DNA from: an uncultured Solirubrobacteraceae bacterium
Lineage (GTDB): Bacteria; Actinomycetota; Thermoleophilia; Solirubrobacterales; Solirubrobacteraceae
Length of the DNA stretch: 64,000 nucleotides
NCBI GenBank assembly: GCA_963766105.1
Contig: CAVXYO010000001.1
Coordinates: 10,619 to 74,618, forward strand
Direction of reading: 5' to 3'
Below the pieces are notes generated by a model, which worked only from the letters and a program-made list of their open reading frames with translations, was not told the DNA's origin and did not search any database. Of this stretch, positions 1 to 9,100 are shown in pieces. The position numbers and the translations under genes are program-made. Numbering within the stretch: the stretch's first letter is position 1; each line of letters starts with the position of its first letter.

Positions 1-1
1 C

Positions 2-196
2 AGCCAGATCGCCGAGCAGCTGTTCCTCGCCGAGAGCACCGTCAAGAGTCATCTCTCCTCCGCGTTCGGCAAGCTGGGCGTGCGTTCGCGCAACGAGGCC
101 GTGAGCCTGATCCTCGACCCGGATCGAGGTCTCGGCATGGGCATCCTCGGGCTCGGCGGGGAGCGGCTGGACTCGCCGGTGGCGGTCGCGCGATGA
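2..196 (+). CDS. LuxR-family HTH regulator, C-terminal part (5' truncated by window)
   Basis: Frame 2 reads SQIAEQLFLAESTVKSHLSSAFGKLGVRSRNEAV, a LuxR HTH signature. TGA at 194-196 overlaps the next ATG (ATGA). Confidence 0.85.
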   Translation, partial: SQIAEQLFLAESTVKSHLSSAFGKLGVRSRNEAVSLILDPDRGLGMGILGLGGERLDSPVAVAR

Positions 197-1344
197 GCGC
201 TGCCACCGCCGGCGTCCCGCTGACCGTCATGGACCAGCACGATCCGCAGCTGCTCGACGAGCTGCTGACCGCGGTAGGTCGCGTCGCGGCGGCCGGCGCG
301 TTCACCGGCGGTGCCGCGGTGGAGGAGTTCGAGGCCGACTACGCGCGCTGGTGTGGGGCAACCCACGCGGTGGGCGTGGCCTCCGGCACCGAAGCGCTCG
401 TCCTCTCGCTGCGCGCGCTGGGTATCGGCCCCGGCGACGAGGTCGTCGTCCCTGCCAACTCGTTCATCGCGACTGCCGAGGCCGTGAGCCTCGTCGGCGC
501 GCGACCGCGATTCGCCGACGTCGAGCCCGAGACCCAGCTGGTCACCGCCGAGACGATCCAGGCGGCGCTCACCCCCGCGGTGCGGTGTGTGATCCCCGTC
601 CACCTGTTCGGCCGCACGGTCGACATGTACCCGGTCGCCGAGCTCGCGCGCTCGCGCGGGCTGCTGCTCGTCGAGGACGCCGCGCAGGCTCACGGCGCGG
701 TCTACCGCGGCCGCCACGCCGGGACGATCGGCGACGCCGGCACGTTCTCGTTCTACCCGGCCAAGAACCTCGGCGCCTGGGGCGACGGCGGCGCCGTGGT
801 GACGTCGCGCCCGGAGATCGCCGAGCGCGTGCGTCTGCTGCGCTCGCACGGCGAGAGCCCGCGCTACTGCCATCGCATCGTCGGCACCACGGGCAGGCTC
901 GACGCGATTCAAGCGGCGGTCCTGCGCGTCAAGCTTTCGCGGCTGGACGACTGCAACCGCGCGCGGCGTGCAGCAGCCGGTCGCCTGCGCACGGCCCTCG
1001 AGGACATCGAGCAGGTCGCCGCGCCGGCGCCCGTCGATCCCGGCGGCGATCACGTCTACCACCAGTTCGTCATCCGAACGCCCCGGCGCGACGCCGTCCG
1101 TGAGCTGCTCGCTCGCCAGGGAGTTGCCACCGGCGTCCACTACCCGACGCCGATCCATCGCTCCGAGGCCTACGCCGGGATTTGCGAGGGGCACGACGTC
1201 GCGCCGCAGTGCACACGGCTGTCCGGCGAGATCCTCTCCCTGCCGATGTTCCCGGCGATCACCGATGCGCAGATCGAGCGGGTCGCACACGCCGTGAGCG
1301 CCTGCGTCGCAAATGCCGCCGAGCTCGCGCCCGTGGTGGGCTGA
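193..1344 (+). CDS. DegT/DnrJ/EryC1/StrS family PLP-dependent sugar aminotransferase
   Basis: Motifs VASGTEAL, VIPVHLFG, VEDAAQAHGA, FSFYPAKNLGAWGDGG (PLP Lys), LSLPMFP. Confidence 0.95.
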   Translation: MSAATAGVPLTVMDQHDPQLLDELLTAVGRVAAAGAFTGGAAVEEFEADYARWCGATHAVGVASGTEALVLSLRALGIGPGDEVVVPANSFIATAEAVSLVGARPRFADVEPETQLVTAETIQAALTPAVRCVIPVHLFGRTVDMYPVAELARSRGLLLVEDAAQAHGAVYRGRHAGTIGDAGTFSFYPAKNLGAWGDGGAVVTSRPEIAERVRLLRSHGESPRYCHRIVGTTGRLDAIQAAVLRVKLSRLDDCNRARRAAAGRLRTALEDIEQVAAPAPVDPGGDHVYHQFVIRTPRRDAVRELLARQGVATGVHYPTPIHRSEAYAGICEGHDVAPQCTRLSGEILSLPMFPAITDAQIERVAHAVSACVANAAELAPVVG

Positions 1345-1356
1345 TCGGGCGAGGAC

Positions 1357-2041
1357 ATGTCCACGATCGCTTTCGAGGAAGAGCAGAGCGCAGTCCGCCA
1401 GAGGGTGGCGACGCTGGCCGCCTACCGCGCGCTCGATCTGCTGATCGCCTCGCTCGGCCTGCTCGCCGCCCTGCCCGTGCTGGCCGGCGCCTGCGTCGCC
1501 ATCCGCCTGGAACGCGGCGGCCCGGCGATCTTCAGCCAGCGCCGTCTGGGGCTCGGCAAGCGCGCGTTCACGGTCCACAAGTTCCGCACGATGCGCCTGC
1601 AGGCCGACCCGCGTGTCCATCGCGAGTACGTACGCGCGCTGATCGGCGGCAGCGAGAGCACGCACGCCGGGGAGGACGGCCGCGATCTCTACAAGCTGGC
1701 GTCCGACGATCGCGTGACGCGCGTCGGGCGCTTTCTCCGCAAGACGAGCCTCGACGAGCTGCCGCAGCTCTACGACGTGCTCGTCGGGCGAATGTCGATC
1801 GTCGGGCCGCGCCCGGTGATCCCTTACGAGGCCGAGCTGTATCCCGCGAGCTTTCGACCGCCGCTTCGACGTCAAGCCGGGCATGACCGGGCTGTGGCAG
1901 GTCAGCGGGCGCAGCGAACGCACCTACCGCGAGATGATCGCGCTCGACCTCGAGTGGGTGCAGCGGCGCTCGCTGAAGCTCTACCTGTCGATCCTCGTGC
2001 GCACTCCGTGGGTGCTGCTGCTGCGTCGCGGGGTCGCCTAG
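1357..2041 (+). CDS. Priming polyprenyl glycosylphosphotransferase (Bac_transf family), split by an apparent +1 frameshift at ~1852-1854
   Basis: KFRTM, DDRVTRVGRFLRKTSLDELPQL and MSIVGPRP in frame 1. The conserved tail VKPGMTGLWQVSGRS...DLEWV continues in another frame to TAG 2039-2041. Deleting one T of TTT restores the frame. Confidence 0.9.
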
Positions 2042-2165
2042 CGATGTGCCGCCGCCGACCCGCGCGCAAGCCGGCGGCCGATCGCCGCGTTGATCTTGGC
2101 AGTGGCGTCATGCCGAGCACGGCAGGAGCCGCTGCCTACAACGATCGAGCGGAGGCACGAACGAG

Positions 2166-3323
2166 ATGATCACGACGCCGATAGGGGTCGCAGTCGTGGG
2201 CTACGGCTACTGGGGCCCCAACGTCGTGCGCAACATCCTCGAGTGCCCGCAGCTGCGCCTGATGGGGCTCTGCGAGCGCGACCCGGCCCGCGCGGAGGAA
2301 TTCAGCCGTCGCTACCCGGCGAGGGCGGCCGAGCCCGATCTCGACGCGCTGCTGCTCGATCCGCGCGTGCAGGCCGTGTCGATCGCCACGCCGCCGCGCA
2401 CGCACTACGACCTCGTGCGCCGCGCTCTTCAGGCCGGCAAGCACGTGCTCGTCGAGAAGCCGCTGGCAACCAGCGTCGCACAGGCCGAAGAGCTGATCGC
2501 GCTCGCGGCGCAGGTCGACCGCGTGCTGATGCCCGGGCACACGTTCGTCTACAGCCCGCCCGTCAACAAGGTGCGCGAGCTGATTCGCTCGGGCGAGCTC
2601 GGCGACGTCTACTTCGTCACCTCCTCGCGCATGAACCTCGGCCTGTACCAGGCCGACGGAGTGATCAGCGACCTCGCGCCGCACGACCTTTCGATCCTGC
2701 TCTACTGGCTCGGCCGGCCGGTCGTGCAGATTGCCGCCTCCGCGCAGAGCATCTTCCAGAACGGCGTGCCCGAGACGGCCTTCCTGACGGTCACGTTCGC
2801 CGGCGGGACGACCGCCAACGTGCAGATTTCCTGGCTGGCGCCGCGCAAGGTGCGCCAGATGGTCGTCGTCGGCTCCAAGCGCATGGTGCAGTACGAGGAC
2901 ACCTCATCCGACGAGGCCGTGCGCATCTACGACCGCGGTCTCGACGTCTCGCTGGCCGAGGCGCCCGCGACGTTCGGCGAGTACCAGCTGACCTATCGCA
3001 GCGGCGACATCGTCGTACCGCGCATCGAAGCCGCCGAGCCGCTCGGCCTGGAGCTCGCCGACTTCGCCAACGCGATCCGCACCGGCCAGGAGCCGCGCTC
3101 GAACAGCGCACTTGGGCTGGAGATCGTCCGTGCACTCGAGGCCGCCCACCTCTCGATTCAGCGTGCGGGCGATCCGGTCACGCTGGCCGGCGCCGATCGG
3201 CTCGGCGATGTCGCAGGCGAGGGCGACATGTCCGCCCGCATGCGTGTACTGCCGATCGACGGAGCCGCCCTGCCCGGGACGCCCGCGCCTTCGGCCGCAC
3301 CGCCGGCCGTGACCGCTCCCTGA
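2166..3323 (+). CDS. Gfo/Idh/MocA family oxidoreductase (NDP-sugar dehydrogenase-like)
   Basis: VVGYGYWGPN Rossmann motif, GKHVLVEKP, DLAPHD. Confidence 0.93.
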   Translation: MITTPIGVAVVGYGYWGPNVVRNILECPQLRLMGLCERDPARAEEFSRRYPARAAEPDLDALLLDPRVQAVSIATPPRTHYDLVRRALQAGKHVLVEKPLATSVAQAEELIALAAQVDRVLMPGHTFVYSPPVNKVRELIRSGELGDVYFVTSSRMNLGLYQADGVISDLAPHDLSILLYWLGRPVVQIAASAQSIFQNGVPETAFLTVTFAGGTTANVQISWLAPRKVRQMVVVGSKRMVQYEDTSSDEAVRIYDRGLDVSLAEAPATFGEYQLTYRSGDIVVPRIEAAEPLGLELADFANAIRTGQEPRSNSALGLEIVRALEAAHLSIQRAGDPVTLAGADRLGDVAGEGDMSARMRVLPIDGAALPGTPAPSAAPPAVTAP

Positions 3324-3331
3324 CCTAGACG

Positions 3332-3346
3332 CCTGGGGCGCCCAGG
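3332..3346. terminator. Putative hairpin terminator between convergent genes
   Basis: CCTGGG-GCG-CCCAGG stem-loop in the 28-nt gap between the stops at 3323 and 3352. No U-tract, which is common in Actinobacteria. Confidence 0.4.
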
Positions 3347-3351
3347 GGTGC

Positions 3352-4968
3352 TCAGCCGCCCGCGTTCCCGCCCAGCGGTGCGTCTGGGAGCGGGACCGCT
3401 GCGGCATTGGCCGCGCGCCTTGCGCGCCACGCTTGGAGCTTTGCGAGCGCTTCGCTGAGGCGGTCGCGATCGCGACCGTTGAGGCCGCCGATCGTCAGGA
3501 ACACGCCGAGGAACGCAACCGTCCCGGCGGCCAGGCTCAGCGGCAGCCCGGCGGCCGTGCCGATGGCGCGCTCCACGCCGTTGGCGGCGGCGAAGCCGCC
3601 GGCATACGCTCCGCCCAGCGCCAGGCGCTCGCGCAACGGCCACGTGGCTCGCAGCGGACGAGCCAGCGAGCGGCGCAGCGCGAGGCCGCTCAGCAGCACG
3701 ACCGCCAGGTAACCGGCGAGGAGCGCGACGGCGGGACCGTCGATGCCGATGCGCGGCGTCAGGATCGCCAGCAGGCCGAGCGTGAGCGCGGTGCGTGCGA
3801 TCGCGATCAGGCTCGTGATGCCGGGCCGGTTGGTCGCCCATAGGGCCTGCGTCTGCGTGACGGTCGCCGAAGCCAGCGCGGGGTACAGCGCCAGCAGCGC
3901 GAGCGCGGTCGTCGCGCGTGCGAAGCCCGGTCCGAAGAGTGCCAGGACCGATCGCGCGGCGCCGCCGATCGTCGCCGCGATCAGCAGCATGCCGATCGCT
4001 TCGTAGCGGATCGAGTCGATCAGCGCGCGGTCGAAGCCGTGGCTGTCGCCGCTGGCGTGCCGCCCGACGAGCGTCGGGTAGAGCACTTCGCTGATCCGCA
4101 TGCTCGCCTGCTGCAGGCGCTGCGGGATCATCTGCGCGCGGCTGTAGGCGCCGACCACGGCAACCGGTGCGAGCGTGCCGAGAACCCAGATCCCGCCCTG
4201 CTGGCTGACGCCCTGCGCGACCTGCCCCGGCGTGGCCTTCAGGCCGAAGCGCAGTAGCTCCGGCAGGACCGCGAGCCCGTGACGGTATTCCCGGCGGCTC
4301 AGGCGAGGCCGCGCGAACGCGCGCGCCGACACGACACGGTGCGCGAGCGCGGTCAGCGAAGCGCCGAGCGTGGCGATCACCAGTCCCCACACCGATCGCC
4401 AGAGCGAGCCGACGACCACTGCGATCGCGATGAAGCTGAGCACTTCGTGCAGGCGCACCCAGAAGATCTGCCGGCCGGCCACGAACGCCGAGAGAATCGA
4501 ATCGAGGTTCCAGGCGGTGTTCGTGATCAGCACGTAACCCGCAATGCTCACGAGCGCCGGCGCGAGCAGCTTCGGTGCGTGCAGCGGACCGCGAAAGACC
4601 AGCCAGCACGCGACTGCGTCGAATATCGCGACCAGCGCCGTGAGGGCGGCCGAGAACGTGAACACCGCTGCGAACAGCTGCGTGACGCGCGGCTCGCGCG
4701 GAGCCAGGCCGGTGATCTCCCTGATCAGCGCCTGCTGCTCTTTGACCGTCGAAAGCACCCACAGGGCGCCGACCGGCGCCGAGACGAGCGCGAACTGCCC
4801 GATAACGCGGACGCCGTACAGGCGCGAAGTGGCGAGCATCGAGAGAATCCCCAGCAGCGTCGCGAGCACGAATCCCAGCCCGCCGAAGAAGAAGCCCGCG
4901 CGATAGCTGCCGCGCTGCGTGCGCGCCTGCTCGCCTGCGGCGATCTCGCTCTGCTCGGGGTTGGCCAT
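3352..4968 (-). CDS. Oligosaccharide flippase (Wzx/MATE-like polysaccharide biosynthesis protein)
   Basis: About 12-14 hydrophobic segments, VVGAYSRA...P motif typical of PST flippases, glycan-locus context. Confidence 0.8.
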   Translation of the reverse strand: MANPEQSEIAAGEQARTQRGSYRAGFFFGGLGFVLATLLGILSMLATSRLYGVRVIGQFALVSAPVGALWVLSTVKEQQALIREITGLAPREPRVTQLFAAVFTFSAALTALVAIFDAVACWLVFRGPLHAPKLLAPALVSIAGYVLITNTAWNLDSILSAFVAGRQIFWVRLHEVLSFIAIAVVVGSLWRSVWGLVIATLGASLTALAHRVVSARAFARPRLSRREYRHGLAVLPELLRFGLKATPGQVAQGVSQQGGIWVLGTLAPVAVVGAYSRAQMIPQRLQQASMRISEVLYPTLVGRHASGDSHGFDRALIDSIRYEAIGMLLIAATIGGAARSVLALFGPGFARATTALALLALYPALASATVTQTQALWATNRPGITSLIAIARTALTLGLLAILTPRIGIDGPAVALLAGYLAVVLLSGLALRRSLARPLRATWPLRERLALGGAYAGGFAAANGVERAIGTAAGLPLSLAAGTVAFLGVFLTIGGLNGRDRDRLSEALAKLQAWRARRAANAAAVPLPDAPLGGNAGG

Positions 4969-5005
4969 GGCTACCTGTCAAGGCAACGGTCGCCACCCAC
5001 CGGCG

Positions 5006-5022
5006 CTTGCGCCGGGCGCAAG
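5006..5022. promoter_or_regulatory. 17-bp perfect palindrome in divergent promoter region
   Basis: CTTGCGCC-G-GGCGCAAG between the flippase start (4968) and the sulfotransferase start (5082). Confidence 0.45.
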
Positions 5023-5081
5023 TTCGGCCCCGGCCGCGCCGTTGACTCGGTGATGGGCGGCTAGCGGCGCGCAGCACGAGC

Positions 5082-5945
5082 ATGGCACTACCAACGTTCT
5101 TCATCATCGGCGCGCCCAAGGCCGGCACCACCAGCCTGCATCTCTACCTGGACCGCCATCCGGAGATCCAGATGTCGGCCAACAAGGAGCCGCGTTTCTT
5201 CGCCGGACCGGAGGGCGATGTCCCCTACGCACCCGGCCGTGTGAGCCGGCTGGCCGACTACGAAGCGCTGTTCGACCCGGCGGTTGCGGTGCGCGGCGAG
5301 GCGTCGACTGACTATGCGATCCACCCGCGCCGCCGCGGCGCTCCCGCGCGCATCAAGGAGCTCGTGCCCGGGGCGCGCTTCTTGTATCTCGTTCGCGACC
5401 CCGTCGCGCGCACGATCTCCCACTACAGGATGCGCGCCGCTTTTCTCGGCGAGCGCCGCCCGATCGAGCAGGCGCTGGGCGACTTCACCGACCGCCGCTC
5501 GCCCTACATCTGGCCGAGCCTGTATGCATCGCAGCTGGAGCGCTACTTCGAGCAGTTCTCACAGGAGCGGGTGCTCGTGATCGATCAGGCCGACCTGCTC
5601 GCCGATCGGCGCACGACGCTCAACGAGATCTTCTCGTTCTTGTCCGTAGACGCGGCGGCCGAGTCCCTGCGCGTGGATGAGCAACTCTCCGACAGCAGCG
5701 ACTGGCGCGCCTACTCCCCTGCATATACGAAGCTCGTCGATCGACTGGTCGTTCCCTGCACGCGGTGGGTCCCGCAGCGCCTGCGCCGGGCGACGCGCCG
5801 CGCCGTCGAGGCGCGCATGTGGCCGGCGCTGGAGACGCCGGCGCTCGACGAGCAGCTGCTCGAGCGGCTGAACGAGCTCTACCGCCCGCAGGCCGAACGC
5901 CTGCGCGCGCTGACCGGCAAGGCGTTCTCCAGTTGGGCGGTGTGA
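5082..5945 (+). CDS. Sulfotransferase family protein (paralog 1)
   Basis: 5'-PSB loop IIGAPKAGTTSL, HPEI...KEPRFF, 3'-PB motif RDPVARTISHY. Confidence 0.92.
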   Translation: MALPTFFIIGAPKAGTTSLHLYLDRHPEIQMSANKEPRFFAGPEGDVPYAPGRVSRLADYEALFDPAVAVRGEASTDYAIHPRRRGAPARIKELVPGARFLYLVRDPVARTISHYRMRAAFLGERRPIEQALGDFTDRRSPYIWPSLYASQLERYFEQFSQERVLVIDQADLLADRRTTLNEIFSFLSVDAAAESLRVDEQLSDSSDWRAYSPAYTKLVDRLVVPCTRWVPQRLRRATRRAVEARMWPALETPALDEQLLERLNELYRPQAERLRALTGKAFSSWAV

Positions 5946-5950
5946 GCGCG

Positions 5951-7051
5951 ATGGCCAGGCTGCCGGCGGTCTTGCTGCTTTGCCTCTGCTTGGCGTGCGC
6001 AGGCTGTGGAGGCGCCTCTCGAGGCCATGCGGATCTCGCCGGGCGCGACGGCCCGGCGGCCGGGCACGCCGTCGCTTCGACGGTCGCGTTCAGCCGCTCG
6101 GCCACCGCACGACACCGCCTGTTCTCGCCGTCGAGCTTCTGGAATCGGCCCGTGCCGAGCGATGCCGCGCTCGACCCCGGCTCGGCACAGATCGTCGCCG
6201 CGTTCAGCGCGCAGCTCGCGGGCGAACGAGCGCCCGGCCACTGGCCGTGGATCAACACGACCTCCTCGAGCGTTCCCGTCTACACCGTCGGGCGCGATCA
6301 GCCGACCGTCCGCGTGACGCTCGATCGTCCCTCGCGCTCGCCGGCATTGCAGGCGGCCTGGAACGCCGTGCCGCTGCCTGCCGCGGCGCGTCCCGCGGCC
6401 GGCAACGAAAAAGTCCTCGTGGTCGTGCAGCCGAGCCGCGACAGGCTCTGGGAGTTCTGGCGCATGTCGCACGGACCGTCGGGCTGGCACGCGATCTGGG
6501 GCGGAGCGATGCGTCACGTGTCCGAGAACCCGGGCGTATACGGACCGAGGGCGTGGCCCGGTGCGAGACCCGGTTGGGGGGTCTCGGCATCTTCGCTGGA
6601 GCTGCTCGGCGGTCTGATCACCCTCGAAGACCTCGCTCGCGGCAGCATCGACCACGCACTCGCGATTGCCATTCCGAACGTGCGCGCGGGGGTCTTCGCG
6701 TCGCCGGCCCAGCGCAGCGACGGGAGCTCGCCCGACCCGCTGGCCCTCCCCGAGGGCGCGCATCTGCGCCTCGACCCGCACCTGAACCTGGCGGCGCTGC
6801 ACCTGCCCCGCCTGACGGCCATGATCGCGCGGGCGGCGCAGCGCTACGGCCTGATCGTGCGCGATTACTCGCCCAACCTCGCCTTCTACGCACAGGACCC
6901 CACCCTGACCGGCGCCGACCCCTACACCGGGCCCGGCGGCTACTTCGAAGGCATGTCTCCCCGGGAACTGCTGATGAACTTCCCCTGGAGCAGCTTGCAG
7001 CTGCTGCCCATGCAGCTGCAAGCCAACCGCGTCGCCGCAGGGGGCGCGTGA
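5951..7051 (+). CDS. Uncharacterised secreted protein, probable lipoprotein
   Basis: ATG 5951. Signal with lipobox-like CAGC (MARLPAVLLLCLCLACAGCGG). The globular body contains LWEFW, LLGGLI..EDL..G.IDHAL, PEGAHLRLDP and AAQRYGLIVRD. TGA overlaps the next ATG. Confidence 0.8.
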   Translation: MARLPAVLLLCLCLACAGCGGASRGHADLAGRDGPAAGHAVASTVAFSRSATARHRLFSPSSFWNRPVPSDAALDPGSAQIVAAFSAQLAGERAPGHWPWINTTSSSVPVYTVGRDQPTVRVTLDRPSRSPALQAAWNAVPLPAAARPAAGNEKVLVVVQPSRDRLWEFWRMSHGPSGWHAIWGGAMRHVSENPGVYGPRAWPGARPGWGVSASSLELLGGLITLEDLARGSIDHALAIAIPNVRAGVFASPAQRSDGSSPDPLALPEGAHLRLDPHLNLAALHLPRLTAMIARAAQRYGLIVRDYSPNLAFYAQDPTLTGADPYTGPGGYFEGMSPRELLMNFPWSSLQLLPMQLQANRVAAGGA

Positions 7052-7914
7052 TGGCGCTGCCGACGTTCTTCATCATCGGCGCGGCGAAGGCCGGCACGAC
7101 GAGCCTTCACTTCTATCTGAGCCTGCATCCGGAGATCCAGATGTCGGCCAACAAGGAGCCCAACTTCTTCGGCGGACCGGAGAACGGCATCCCCTATCCG
7201 CCGCGGCGAGTCGGCCGCCTGCGCGACTACGAAGAGCTGTTCGATCCCAGCTTCGCCGTGCGCGGCGAGGCGTCGGCCGGCTACACCAACCACCCGCGCC
7301 GCCGCGGCGTCCCCGAGCGGATCAAGCAGCTGATACCCGACGCGAAGTTCCTCTACATCGTGCGCGATCCGATCGCACGCACGGTGTCTCATTACCAGGA
7401 CGCGTTTGCGATCGGAAAACAGCGCCGCCCCTTGAACGAGGCGCTCGGCGCGCTCGACGACCCGTACTCGCCACTGACCTGCCACAGCCGCTACGCGACG
7501 CAGCTGGAGCTCTACAGGCAGACCTTCGCGCCGCAGCGGATCATGGTGATCGATCAGGCCGAGCTGCTCTGCGACAGGCGCGCGACGCTGCGTGACGTCT
7601 TTCGCTTTCTCGCCGTCGACGACACGTTCGACACACCGGCGTTCGACGAGCAGCTCTACCGCTCCGAGGATCGGCCGGTCTACTCGGCCGCCTACTGGCA
7701 CTTCGTCGAACGCTTCGTCTCGCCGGCCACCCGGCGAATACCCGCCGCCGTTCGCACGACGGCCCGGCGAGGCCTCGAGCGCGCACTGCTGCCCAGGCTC
7801 GCCGAGCCGACGCTCGACGCCGATCGCCGCGCGGCACTCGAGGAGCTCTACCGCGGCGAGGTCGCTCGCCTGCGCGAGCTGACCGGCAAGCCGTTCTCGA
7901 CGTGGAGCATCTGA
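7051..7914 (+). CDS. Sulfotransferase family protein (paralog 2)
   Basis: MALPTFFIIGAAKAGTTSL, KEPNFF, RDPIARTVSHY. Highly similar to 5082-5945. Confidence 0.92.
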   Translation: MALPTFFIIGAAKAGTTSLHFYLSLHPEIQMSANKEPNFFGGPENGIPYPPRRVGRLRDYEELFDPSFAVRGEASAGYTNHPRRRGVPERIKQLIPDAKFLYIVRDPIARTVSHYQDAFAIGKQRRPLNEALGALDDPYSPLTCHSRYATQLELYRQTFAPQRIMVIDQAELLCDRRATLRDVFRFLAVDDTFDTPAFDEQLYRSEDRPVYSAAYWHFVERFVSPATRRIPAAVRTTARRGLERALLPRLAEPTLDADRRAALEELYRGEVARLRELTGKPFSTWSI

Positions 7915-7917
7915 GCG

Positions 7918-9099
7918 ATGCCGCGTGGCAGGCCGGCGGCGAAGCCCGAGCACCAGTTGATCCTGCTCAGCGCCGGCACCGCGGCCCGCCGCCTGGCGCT
8001 CGCCGAGCACGCGCGCCGGCTCGCGGCCGCCGTCGACTGGCCGGCGCTCGCGCAGCTGCTTCGCTCACGCGGGCTGCTCACGCTGCTCGGCCCGCGCATC
8101 CGCGAGCTGTCCGGCGGCTGTGCGGGGGGCGACGAATTCGCAGACGGCCTCGACCGGGCCTTGGCCGCCAGGCGCCGCCAGAGCACGTTCCTGCAGCTCG
8201 TCTCGGCACAGACGATCCGGCTGCTCGCCGACGCCGGCATCCGCTGCAGCCCGTTGAAGGGCCCTCAGCTGGGCGAGCGGCTCTACGGCGATCTCGGCCG
8301 GCGCCCCTCCAGCGACGTCGACCTGCTCGTCGTGCCCGAGCAGCTGCACGCTGCCGTGGAGGTGGTGCGCCGGCTCGGCTACGGCCCGCCGACCGATCGT
8401 CTGGACGCCGCAGGACTGCCGGCCCTGCACCTCACGCTGGCCCACGAACGCGACGAACTGCCGCCGGTGGAGCTGCACTGGCGCATCCACTGGTATGAGG
8501 CGAGCTTCGCTCGCGACCGGCTGCTCGCGCCGGCGGGCCGCCGGCTCGAGGATTGGCGTCCGCTGCCCGAGGACGAGCTGGCTTCGCTGCTGCTGTTCTA
8601 CGCGCGCGACGGCTTCGTCGACCTGCGACTGGCGGCGGATCTGGGTGCATGGTGGGACGCCTACGGCGACAGCTTGCGGGCAGGTGCGCTCGCCGACGCC
8701 TGCGACGCCCACCCCGCGCTTGCCAGGGCTCTGCGCACCGGCGCGCACGTCGCCGGGAGGCTGATCGGGCTGCCCGTGGGGCGGCTGCTCGGCGGCTCGG
8801 CGCGACTCGGGCTCCGCGAGCGGGCAGCGCTGCGCTTGGCCAACCCCAACCCGCGGGCCAGCCTGCCTCAGCTTTACGCCGATATCGGCATGATCGACGC
8901 GCTGCTGCTGCCCGCGGGAGAGAAGCGGGCGTTCGTGCGGCGTCAACTTCTGCCCTCTCGCCAGGTACTCGAGGAGCGCGCCCGCGCCGTCGGCCAGGGG
9001 CGCGTCGCGACACCTCCCGGCCACGCCCTGCGCGTAGTCGCCAGGTATGCCGTGAGCGCCGCGCGGATCACACGCGCGCCGGAAAGCCTGCCGAGCTGA
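7918..9099 (+). CDS. Nucleotidyltransferase family protein (NTP_transf_5-like)
   Basis: PLKGPQLGERLYGDLGRRPSSDVDLLV (KG...DxD motif) and PVELHW. Confidence 0.8.
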   Translation: MPRGRPAAKPEHQLILLSAGTAARRLALAEHARRLAAAVDWPALAQLLRSRGLLTLLGPRIRELSGGCAGGDEFADGLDRALAARRRQSTFLQLVSAQTIRLLADAGIRCSPLKGPQLGERLYGDLGRRPSSDVDLLVVPEQLHAAVEVVRRLGYGPPTDRLDAAGLPALHLTLAHERDELPPVELHWRIHWYEASFARDRLLAPAGRRLEDWRPLPEDELASLLLFYARDGFVDLRLAADLGAWWDAYGDSLRAGALADACDAHPALARALRTGAHVAGRLIGLPVGRLLGGSARLGLRERAALRLANPNPRASLPQLYADIGMIDALLLPAGEKRAFVRRQLLPSRQVLEERARAVGQGRVATPPGHALRVVARYAVSAARITRAPESLPS

Positions 9100-9100
9100 C

